IMG/VR virus record: IMGVR_UViG_3300031993_000004
Location: 213,584 to 277,583 of that record
DNA from: a virus
Taxonomy: Duplodnaviria; Caudoviricetes
Reading direction: 5' to 3' (one strand)
DNA length: 64,000 nt
Both the position numbers and the translations under genes were made by a program. This document shows positions 1 through 8,027 of this stretch, in pieces. The first letter of the stretch is position 1, and each line of letters begins with the position of its first letter. The notes below the pieces were generated by a model. That model saw only the letters and a program-made list of their open reading frames with translations, searched no databases and was not told the origin of the DNA.

Positions 1-850
1 CCCAGTTCAACAGCTTTGACAGCAATGTATTCTGCGCGTTATTGACTCTTTCATCAATACTATCTTTGATTTCATTGATGGATTGATTGTCAAGAATCTT
101 GAAATTTTTGTCGTTGATCAATCCCATGCCCATACCGAACAATGTTCCAAATGCTTCTGCATGGCTTCCTGCAGTCTGGAACATTGTTGGAACGAATCCT
201 GCAACCATTTTTGCAGAATCAACTAATGATGCATAAGGATTGTTCTCTACCAGATAATCAAACGTATTTCCAAGTGTCAAGTTACCGCTGTAATCAAACA
301 GACTCCTCTGACGAGCACGTTTGGTTTCCTTGACAGATCCGAGTTCGATAATCTTATCGAGCTTCGAGGAAATCAGTTGCAAAGATGAATTGATATTGCC
401 AAGTGAAGAAAGGATTTCCGAGGTACGGGTGTTCATCGTGGTGATGATTTCAGACGCAGTCATTGCAGACGCTTCTGTTTGCTTACCCGCAATATTATAC
501 AATGAGCTGACGTGTCCCTTTGTGATATCCTTCATGCTATCATAATCGAGAACACGTGACGCAGGTTCGCCGTCATCGTCGCCGCCGAATTTGAAACCGG
601 CATCAAAATCGTCGTCATCATTTTCGAACGATGATCCCTCACCAACTTCTGTACCACGACGGAAGAACCAGTCTGTCACTTTCTTGATACCACCGGAGTT
701 TCGCATCTCACGATACTTATCTTGAGCAGTACGCGCGCCGCCCATAATCGCATCACGTATGCTATCAGCATCCGATTTCAAATCAGTCAGAGAGTCGGGA
801 GCTGCAGCTGAAATGAATCCTTTTGTGAAATCTTTAAACCCATTTGCCAT
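1..850 (-). CDS. N-terminal part of a large virion protein, possibly tape-measure-like; runs off the window edge
   Basis: Read manually because it is absent from the ORF track. ATG at 850 follows an AAAGGGGTG RBS; MANGFKDFTKGFISAAAPDSLTDL... stays open to position 1; it lies downstream of the late head operon. Confidence 0.6.
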   Translation of the reverse strand, partial: MANGFKDFTKGFISAAAPDSLTDLKSDADSIRDAIMGGARTAQDKYREMRNSGGIKKVTDWFFRRGTEVGEGSSFENDDDDFDAGFKFGGDDDGEPASRVLDYDSMKDITKGHVSSLYNIAGKQTEASAMTASEIITTMNTRTSEILSSLGNINSSLQLISSKLDKIIELGSVKETKRARQRSLFDYSGNLTLGNTFDYLVENNPYASLVDSAKMVAGFVPTMFQTAGSHAEAFGTLFGMGMGLINDKNFKILDNQSINEIKDSIDERVNNAQNTLLSKLLNW

Positions 851-893
851 ATATCAATTTCACCCCTTTCAATATATGATAATACCAAAAGAT

Positions 894-919
894 ATGTGTG
901 GGCCCAAGAGCCCACACAT
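894..919. terminator. GC-rich hairpin, putative terminator
   Basis: ATGTGTGGGC-ccaaga-GCCCACACAT just after the stop of 942..1703. Confidence 0.7.
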
Positions 920-941
920 CATCTCTTAGTTTGTTTTCGAA

Positions 942-1703
942 TCAGAAGAATGTGATCAGGTCAATGTCATCGAAATGAAATGTTCCTGTCCACTCTTTTA
1001 CCAGAGCTTTTCGTTCTTCCTCAGCTCCAGACCAAGATGAGATATCCAGTTGGCTATCTTTGAATGCACCACCTGTATGGATCATGTTCTTCAGTTTGTT
1101 GTAAAGTGTACGTTGCACATCCAACGTTGCAAGTTGAATAAACGATTCACGACAAGATTCCGGAATGGTTTCCAGAGAAGGATCATGATCACACTTTGCA
1201 ATGAAGTGCACGAAACCATCATCAGGATGATCATACAATTTGATCTTGTTGAATCCCAACCACTCAGAAGTTTGAGGGCGAGATGTGACACCTGCGTATT
1301 TATTAATCGCAGCGCCAGTCATGGTTGCGTTCAGAATATCCTGCGGATAATATGAACCGAAACCAACGAATGGTGAACCAACTGTGAACGAATTCGCAGC
1401 AACTGCTTGTCCGCCATCTAATTGAGCTGTTGTAAGATATGCATCAGCCCAACTGACATGAGTACGGGTCAAATCAGGAGGCAGAATATAGATGCCTTGC
1501 TTTCTGGCAAATTCACTTGGTGATTGCAGATCCTTGATCGCTGCATCGGATTCACGGATCCACGGTTTGAATTGTGAGAAGGTGTGGACAGATGTTTTGA
1601 TAATTTCCGCCAACACCACCTCAGTGGGTTTATCAAATGGCAATGCGATTGTTTCCAATCCACATGGTTCTTTGATATCTTGAATGACTTCGGAAATATT
1701 CAA
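942..1703 (-). CDS. Putative virion structural protein, possibly head completion/neck
   Basis: 253 aa, TTG start with GAGGAGGTG RBS, in the head operon; function inferred from context and recollection of conserved jumbo-phage proteins. Confidence 0.5.
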   Translation of the reverse strand: MNISEVIQDIKEPCGLETIALPFDKPTEVVLAEIIKTSVHTFSQFKPWIRESDAAIKDLQSPSEFARKQGIYILPPDLTRTHVSWADAYLTTAQLDGGQAVAANSFTVGSPFVGFGSYYPQDILNATMTGAAINKYAGVTSRPQTSEWLGFNKIKLYDHPDDGFVHFIAKCDHDPSLETIPESCRESFIQLATLDVQRTLYNKLKNMIHTGGAFKDSQLDISSWSGAEEERKALVKEWTGTFHFDDIDLITFF

Positions 1704-1723
1704 GCCTCACACCTCCTCATTCG

Positions 1724-1906
1724 TCAATCGATACCGGGACGTGCAAGAATGCTTCCGATTGTTGGTGGCGGTGGATTGTTTTCCTGTACGGTATTTACAC
1801 CGCCATCGTTTGAGCACGACGAACACCACTGATCAAACAGGGTGTTCGTCGTTTCAGCAAACGTTTTGCATGCATTGCATGCTTCTTGATTGAACAATGT
1901 GTCCAT
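1724..1906 (-). CDS. Small Cys-rich putative head protein
   Basis: 60 aa filling the gap in the operon; FNQEA and TVQEN motifs; two CxxC. Confidence 0.5.
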   Translation of the reverse strand: MDTLFNQEACNACKTFAETTNTLFDQWCSSCSNDGGVNTVQENNPPPPTIGSILARPGID

Positions 1907-1908
1907 GA

Positions 1909-2883
1909 TCAGAAGGTGGTCTTCTTACCGTACTCGCGGGCCACCTCATCCTCGGTACCCTTGTGACGGTCAATCTTAGCGGGCTTTTCGCCCTCGACAC
2001 CCTTCAGGTCCTTCTTGACAGCGATATACGCATCAAGGACCTTCTGAGTACCGTTGGAGACCAGCTTCAGAACTTCGCCGACTTTCTGAGAAGCACTCTT
2101 CAGCTTATCGACTTCAGCAGCGGTCAGTGCATAATTTGCATCGACGTTGCCTTCCTTGCGACGTGCAGCAAGCTTCTTTTCAAGAGCCTTTCTCTGCTGT
2201 TCGCATGCCTTAGCCAGCTTCTTCAGTGACTTAATGCACGCGCCAGCGCCCTCGAACGGCGTTTCAGAAGTTCTCTTCCGCTTGCATTCCTTCAGCATTC
2301 TGTCGAACATGTTGTTCCACTTATCCGGTGTGAACTGCTCGCCAACGATATCATACGAATTGATGATGGTATCAATTTCATCGTATGCAATTGTCGGCCA
2401 CTGGACAAGCTGCCACGGCTCGCCAACAGCGGCAAACGTGCAACCATGCTGCTTCAGAACAGCGATGGTCTTCGTATTCTCCTTGGAAACAGTCATGTTC
2501 TTGATGACGAGAGAACCGATCTTACGCTGGAGGAAGTTTGCGATCGAAGACAGGAAGCCCTTGATTGCGTCGAGCAGCTTCAGAGGAAGATCCTTAGCCT
2601 TCTCGAGAATCGTGGAGAACTTACCACCCTTCTTCGCAGCCGCGCCATCACCAGCATCAGCCGCAGGAGCTTCTTCAGCAGACGCTTCGGCCTTTTCCTT
2701 CTTTGCCTCCTGGATGACAATGCCGTCGAACTCGAGCTCATTCTTGGACTCGGTCATGATCTGGACAGACTTGACGTAGGTATCAGCCAGTGCACAGAGC
2801 ACATCACACTCTGCAAACAGCTGGGAAGTCTCGAGCTGATCGAGAGAATCGAGCACAGCTTCCTGAACCATTTCATTAGTCAT
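1909..2883 (-). CDS. Putative internal head protein (propeptide family)
   Basis: 324 aa, strong C-ending codon bias, MVQEA and VIQEA motifs, N-terminus resembles 14980..16281 and 22846..23691. Confidence 0.7.
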   Translation of the reverse strand: MTNEMVQEAVLDSLDQLETSQLFAECDVLCALADTYVKSVQIMTESKNELEFDGIVIQEAKKEKAEASAEEAPAADAGDGAAAKKGGKFSTILEKAKDLPLKLLDAIKGFLSSIANFLQRKIGSLVIKNMTVSKENTKTIAVLKQHGCTFAAVGEPWQLVQWPTIAYDEIDTIINSYDIVGEQFTPDKWNNMFDRMLKECKRKRTSETPFEGAGACIKSLKKLAKACEQQRKALEKKLAARRKEGNVDANYALTAAEVDKLKSASQKVGEVLKLVSNGTQKVLDAYIAVKKDLKGVEGEKPAKIDRHKGTEDEVAREYGKKTTF

Positions 2884-2888
2884 GATAA

Positions 2889-3485
2889 TTACACTCCTTC
2901 GTTAGAATTTTTGTATTGATCGAGTCGATGCATCACCGGGGTGTTGGTATCCCAGAAATGAACCCGATCTTTGACAGGTGCGCATTTCGGATTGACCCTC
3001 GAAGTCTTCGTGGCCAACCAGAGATACAATGACATATCGTCATGATAGACTTTCGCCAGCTTGTTGAACTGGTTGCGAGTCATCGTGGCAAGAGCGGTGG
3101 AATCGACGCCGGGATGTTTCTCCAACATAGATTCCATAACCACTTTAAGTCGTTGTGTCCCTTCAATGAATGATTCATTGATTGACGTCATATCAGCCAG
3201 AGTGATCTGATGACGATAGGGATCATTGACTCCAGTGTTTGCGAACATTGTATCATAGTACTTCTTGGTGGCGGTAATGAGTTTGCCATCGTATTTGTCA
3301 GTACCTTCATCTTTATAGGAAGCGAATCCTTCCAGGAATGCGCACATCTCCTGAAGGATTTTCCCATAATTCATTGATGTGTACATCACATCATCATCCG
3401 GACGAATGAATCTTGAATTCGTTTTGGCAACGTCTTCAAACATCGTCCGGTACTCACAGACAATTTGTTCAATTTCTTTTGCCAT
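2889..3485 (-). CDS. Hypothetical protein in late operon
   Basis: 198 aa, GAAGGA RBS, tightly packed with neighbours. Confidence 0.75.
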   Translation of the reverse strand: MAKEIEQIVCEYRTMFEDVAKTNSRFIRPDDDVMYTSMNYGKILQEMCAFLEGFASYKDEGTDKYDGKLITATKKYYDTMFANTGVNDPYRHQITLADMTSINESFIEGTQRLKVVMESMLEKHPGVDSTALATMTRNQFNKLAKVYHDDMSLYLWLATKTSRVNPKCAPVKDRVHFWDTNTPVMHRLDQYKNSNEGV

Positions 3486-3486
3486 A

Positions 3487-4467
3487 TCAGATCATTCCTT
3501 CCGGGAGTGTGACATTCCGCTTCCAAATGCCTTGCGAACGATTAATCGGTTTGACTTTCAAAATCTGACTCAGAAGCTTATTCAGATCTGTTTGCATCTG
3601 CGTAAGATACTGCTTCGAATGCGGAACGACGTAACGATCATCATTCATATCGAGGCAAGTCAGATAGAAGTCAACCAACTCAATCTTGGAGCAGGTATAA
3701 CCAGCAAGCATCGCTTGGTCATTGGAATCCTGAATGGCGTTGAGCTCGACAGTGATATATGCGACAACATCACGCGGAATCGGCTTCAACTTCTTTGGAC
3801 GACGAGCGAAAAACGCTTCTTGTTCGACGTGTTCTTCGGGATTGAAATCATCATCTTCGAAATCATCATCGTCGACTGGGGACTGATCTTCCAGATTCTT
3901 GATATCGTTGACCTCATGTTTGGTTTCACGAATATCATCCTTCAGATCTGTAGGCAACGATGTATGATCTCTTGTGTCAAGATAATGATCAGTCAACTTC
4001 TCGACTTCAGCATCAGGTTCCTTCAACTGCGTCATGAAGTTGTTACCGTTCTGAACACCGAGATCGATCTCCAATGTTCCATCGTCAGACATTTTACCCA
4101 TGACACCAGTCAGGATAATCTTCAGATGTTTTGGAGTATCGATACCACAACGCGTCATCGCATTGCATGGAAGATTCTGCATCATCACGCCAGTTGCATG
4201 ATTATCCAGCTCTTCAGCATCATCAAAGATTGTACCCTTTGCAATTGCATCAGCAACCGATTCGAGTTGAATTTCGGTTACATCATTTGGATACAGCAGA
4301 TGAATATGGTCCTCTGTTGTATATGCACGAATTGTCGTTCCTTTATAAGAATCAACAATCACTCGACGTTTCCGGTTCGGATGTTTGATCTTGGCATACT
4401 CTGTAATGGCTTTAAACTTTCCATTTTCCAGGAATGCTTTAACCATATCGGATCCAAAACCATTCAT
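3487..4467 (-). CDS. Putative virion protein, predicted to be processed
   Basis: Start moved to ATG 4467 (AAAGGTGGTG RBS); acidic linker followed by VEQEA and a helical C-terminal domain. Confidence 0.7.
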   Translation of the reverse strand: MNGFGSDMVKAFLENGKFKAITEYAKIKHPNRKRRVIVDSYKGTTIRAYTTEDHIHLLYPNDVTEIQLESVADAIAKGTIFDDAEELDNHATGVMMQNLPCNAMTRCGIDTPKHLKIILTGVMGKMSDDGTLEIDLGVQNGNNFMTQLKEPDAEVEKLTDHYLDTRDHTSLPTDLKDDIRETKHEVNDIKNLEDQSPVDDDDFEDDDFNPEEHVEQEAFFARRPKKLKPIPRDVVAYITVELNAIQDSNDQAMLAGYTCSKIELVDFYLTCLDMNDDRYVVPHSKQYLTQMQTDLNKLLSQILKVKPINRSQGIWKRNVTLPEGMI

Positions 4468-4513
4468 TAGCAAATCACACCACCTTTCTATATTATTTTT
4501 GGAGGTAATCAAT

Positions 4514-5023
4514 ATGAGTATTCATATCGACTTGTTCACCGCGTATGTGTTCATCGGAATCATCGGATTCATTTCAATCGTATTCGGTACAACAATGATC
4601 ATCGTGTGCCGTAGACTGAAGAAGATTCGACATCAATTGGAAGACACCAATCGCTTGTTGTATTTCAATTTAAAGTCAAATATGGAAATCCGTGCTCAGA
4701 CAAATGAATGTCAAGAGACTCTCACTGAAATGCAGTCGAATGTATCAGACTTAGCATCCGGATTGCAGATGAAGCTTCACAGAGAAGCCGAAGCTGCAAA
4801 GAAAAAGCATTTCCCAAAACCAGATGAAGTCGATTCAATCGTATCAACAATCAAAGATTTGATTGAGATAGAGTTTATCAAGCGACATAATCAGCGAAGT
4901 CCATTGGGCGGTGCACTACCTGACGTGGCCGAACGTGTAATTGCAACCTATCCTGATATATCTATCGATTATATCAATGACAAATGTATTGTCGTTATGG
5001 AAGAATTCAACGGCGGAATATAA
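4514..5023 (+). CDS. Membrane-anchored coiled-coil protein
   Basis: GGAGGT RBS then ATG 4514; N-terminal TM (LFTAYVFIGIIGFISIVFGTTMIIV) followed by a heptad-rich helix. Confidence 0.7.
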   Translation: MSIHIDLFTAYVFIGIIGFISIVFGTTMIIVCRRLKKIRHQLEDTNRLLYFNLKSNMEIRAQTNECQETLTEMQSNVSDLASGLQMKLHREAEAAKKKHFPKPDEVDSIVSTIKDLIEIEFIKRHNQRSPLGGALPDVAERVIATYPDISIDYINDKCIVVMEEFNGGI

Positions 5024-5026
5024 TGA

Positions 5027-5056
5027 ATGATGGCGGGGGATATCCCCCGCCATCAT
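5027..5056. terminator. Bidirectional hairpin terminator
   Basis: ATGATGGCGGGGGA-ta-TCCCCCGCCATCAT between convergent genes (capsid and 4514..5023). Confidence 0.8.
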
Positions 5057-5083
5057 CATGTCAGGCGTTTTGGTTATGCAGCA

Positions 5084-7345
5084 TTAAGCGTTCTTGGTGT
5101 AGTAGGTGTTAGCAGCCCATGCAGGAGCGACACCAACAACCGCAGTACGCTCACCTTCCTCAGTCGTTGCGACATAGTAGGTGCTGTATGTGGTAGCCCA
5201 GTCAGCCGGCTCGGTCTGGATTGCAGAACCACCAGTTGCAGCGGTGAAGTAGAACTTCGTGGTGTCGAACTCAGGAGCAACTGCAGTCACAGCCTCCATT
5301 GCAGTACCAGCCGCGTTCAGCTTCCAGTAGCTGGTGTAGGTGGTAGCCCAGTTTGCAGGCTCAGAAGTGGTCACAGTGTAACCCTCGGTCGGATCAACCG
5401 GAGGAGTCGGAGAACCGCCAGAGATCAGACCAGCGTTGGAATCCGGAACAAGAACGGTGTTCTTGCAGATCAGGCGAGCCTGGATACCCTGGATTGCGAT
5501 GGTGCGATACTGGCTGGAAGTGGTAACCAGAACAGCTGCGCCACCAGGATTCTGAGCATCTGCATACGCTGCATTCTCCGGGCTGTTCGTCAGGTGACGA
5601 GCAAAGCGGAGGTGCTTGTAGGAGATGTGGAATTTATCCATCGGGTAGCCGACGATTTTGTAGAAATATTCACGGGAGACATCGCCTTCCTGTGCGCCGT
5701 CCTGATACGGTTCGATGTTGATGTAAGCATCGACACGGTTGGAAGCAACAACACGGATCGGAACATCGGTATCAGTCATGACACCGAACGCGTGGTTCAT
5801 CATGACGCCGCCGATTTCAGTGGACTTCTGAACAGTCCATGTGACGAACTTCTGCAGCAGACGAGCAGCCTTCGGGTTCGCATAAACAACGAAGCCCAGG
5901 TTGTCGAGCTTGCCGCGATCGCACAGCTCATAGATGAGGGATGCAATGCCGTTGTGGATGATGTTGGTTCTGTACTCGAACGGATCGCCAGCAAAGCTCG
6001 GAGAGATTGCGGTCGGATCGAGGTCGACGTACTCAGTTGCGGTATAGGACTCGAGGCCCCAGATATCGGACTCAGCGCCGTCATACTTGTTGAACTCTTC
6101 ATCCAGGAACTGCAGGATGTACTCATCCTCGAACATTTCCTGAGCAGTGATCAGCTCCTGCACCAAACGGTTGTACAGATTGAAGTTCAGCGAAGAGTTA
6201 GCCTCGACGAAGTCTTCAACGGTGAACGGAAGCTGGAAGCGAACGCCATCAGCGATCTGGAACTTGCGGATTTCCGGATACTCGCGGAAACCGATGGTGC
6301 GCAGGTTGGTTTCGTTGGAAACGTGACCGCTCACATAGATACCAGTGATGGATCCGCAGGAAGTTGCAGTGATGGTACCCTTGATGAAGTCGATGACACC
6401 GGAGAGACGATCTGCGACGCCAGTAACAACTTCACCGGTGGTCTTGCCGTTAGCATCAACAACAGCAAGCTTCATGTCCTCGGTGATACCACCATTGAGG
6501 AATACGCCGCCGGTCTGGATATCGATCTGAATACCGCCGTGAGGCAGGCGAACCTTCTTGCCATCGATCTGGACATACTGAATGCCGAAATCGTAGGACA
6601 GTCTGGTGCGGACGTTCGGGGTGACAGTGGTAGGATTGCCGTCATCGTCGAGCAGCCAGTTGAACAGGGAATACTTCTTATTCGTTGCAGCCTGGATAGT
6701 AGACAGCGGAAGAACGGTGTTCTCGTTCAACCGCAGGCCCTTACCAGCGTTCCACAGCTTTTTCCAGATCGGCTGACCATTCTCATCCTTCTGGAAGTAG
6801 ATTGCCGGGGTCTCATACTCTTCACCGGTCTGGTTGTTAACCAGATACTTGATGAAGATTCTCTGCTCGATATTGACCGAAGACGCGGTCTGGACCGGGA
6901 TCAGGTCCTTACCGAGGAAGCGGATATACTGCTTAATGAGGGCCGGGAAATCCAGCGTGCTCAGCGGCAGATAGTTCGCGACGTTATAAGACTCCTGGAC
7001 CATGAAGGACTTCACGGAAGTGTCCCATGCCTCTTCGAGCTGATCTGCGACAGACTCGAGGTGAATGCGCTCAGTTTTGTCCTCGGATGCGTTCCGAAGC
7101 TCATCGAGCAGCGGTTCGAGAAGCAGCGTCTTATACTCCATCATGACGTTCTTGTCACCCAACATCTTCTTGACGTCGGTCATGACATTGACGCCCATGC
7201 GATCCTGAATGACTCCAACAGCGGTTTCAAGCTTGGAATCGAACGTGTCACGCATAGTCAACAGCTCAGAATCAGATGCGCTGTTTACGAGGCTCTGCTG
7301 TTCCTGGAACCAGTTGTGGGTACCAGCGTTTCTGCTGAATGCCAT
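5084..7345 (-). CDS. Major capsid protein precursor with C-terminal decoration repeats
   Basis: ~753 aa from ATG 7345 (AAGGAG RBS); strongest codon bias in the window; propeptide with WFQEQ and MVQES; C-terminal ...YRTIAIQGIQARLICKN resembles jumbo-phage capsid ends; near the prohead protease. Confidence 0.8.
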   Translation of the reverse strand: MAFSRNAGTHNWFQEQQSLVNSASDSELLTMRDTFDSKLETAVGVIQDRMGVNVMTDVKKMLGDKNVMMEYKTLLLEPLLDELRNASEDKTERIHLESVADQLEEAWDTSVKSFMVQESYNVANYLPLSTLDFPALIKQYIRFLGKDLIPVQTASSVNIEQRIFIKYLVNNQTGEEYETPAIYFQKDENGQPIWKKLWNAGKGLRLNENTVLPLSTIQAATNKKYSLFNWLLDDDGNPTTVTPNVRTRLSYDFGIQYVQIDGKKVRLPHGGIQIDIQTGGVFLNGGITEDMKLAVVDANGKTTGEVVTGVADRLSGVIDFIKGTITATSCGSITGIYVSGHVSNETNLRTIGFREYPEIRKFQIADGVRFQLPFTVEDFVEANSSLNFNLYNRLVQELITAQEMFEDEYILQFLDEEFNKYDGAESDIWGLESYTATEYVDLDPTAISPSFAGDPFEYRTNIIHNGIASLIYELCDRGKLDNLGFVVYANPKAARLLQKFVTWTVQKSTEIGGVMMNHAFGVMTDTDVPIRVVASNRVDAYINIEPYQDGAQEGDVSREYFYKIVGYPMDKFHISYKHLRFARHLTNSPENAAYADAQNPGGAAVLVTTSSQYRTIAIQGIQARLICKNTVLVPDSNAGLISGGSPTPPVDPTEGYTVTTSEPANWATTYTSYWKLNAAGTAMEAVTAVAPEFDTTKFYFTAATGGSAIQTEPADWATTYSTYYVATTEEGERTAVVGVAPAWAANTYYTKNA

Positions 7346-7406
7346 TATAAACACTCCTTTTTTATTATTGAATTTGATGCGGATGCATCATGTTGTGTAA
7401 ACCAAG

Positions 7407-8012
7407 TTATTCAGAATCTTTCTGAAACTTCTTCAGAACAGAATCGATTTCTGCTTGCAACAAGGTGTACAAACTGTCGAGTTTCTGAAATTCACTCAGA
7501 TTCTCTCCGTAACTCAAATTCACGAACCTGTTGAGTACATAGTCCTTTGAATGATTGAGTGCGCGGTTCAATCGATTGATCGATTTGTCGTTTTGAGCAA
7601 CGACATCACTTGGAAGAATAGGCAAGATCGCCTGAAGATTATCAAGTGTCTCCTGAATCTCATCGTTCTTCGTCAACCATTGCTGGTAAAGCCTCTGATT
7701 CATTATATCATTGGCTTTCTGAGAAAGATGTTGATTCTGGGGTTCACCATTCTCACCGTCTTGTGAGTTATCTCCATTCTGGTCTTCGCCTTCACCTCCA
7801 TTTTCATCGAAGCTTAAATCCTCCATTCCGCCACCGGGTTCTGGTGGAAGATCATCAGCTCCCATGTCAGTCGGTGTTTGTTCGTTTGTCTGACCTTGTT
7901 GCTGATCTGATGCTTCTGCTGGAGGATCTTCTGAAGGTGTGAATGGTTCAAGCAGATCCCCGTCTGCTTCCATAACAGAATAGAACAAGTTCATATCATC
8001 CATCCTGAACAA
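7407..8012 (-). CDS. Acidic prohead/scaffold-like protein
   Basis: 201 aa, VMEA motif, acidic low-complexity N-half and helical C-half, directly upstream of the capsid gene. Confidence 0.55.
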   Translation of the reverse strand: MFRMDDMNLFYSVMEADGDLLEPFTPSEDPPAEASDQQQGQTNEQTPTDMGADDLPPEPGGGMEDLSFDENGGEGEDQNGDNSQDGENGEPQNQHLSQKANDIMNQRLYQQWLTKNDEIQETLDNLQAILPILPSDVVAQNDKSINRLNRALNHSKDYVLNRFVNLSYGENLSEFQKLDSLYTLLQAEIDSVLKKFQKDSE

Positions 8013-8027
8013 TCACCTCTTTCATGT

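Noticed and set aside
3379-4470. 363-aa plus-strand ORF, and similar antisense ORFs at 10426, 11327, 18764, 26283 and 55655
   Set aside because: All overlap well-supported genes on the opposite strand and lack RBSs and motifs. Genome-wide scarcity of TAG/CTA lengthens such frames.
5027-7534. 835-aa plus-strand ORF antisense to the capsid gene
   Set aside because: Shadow ORF caused by the strong codon bias of the capsid gene. It starts inside a terminator hairpin, has no RBS and has an unnatural composition.
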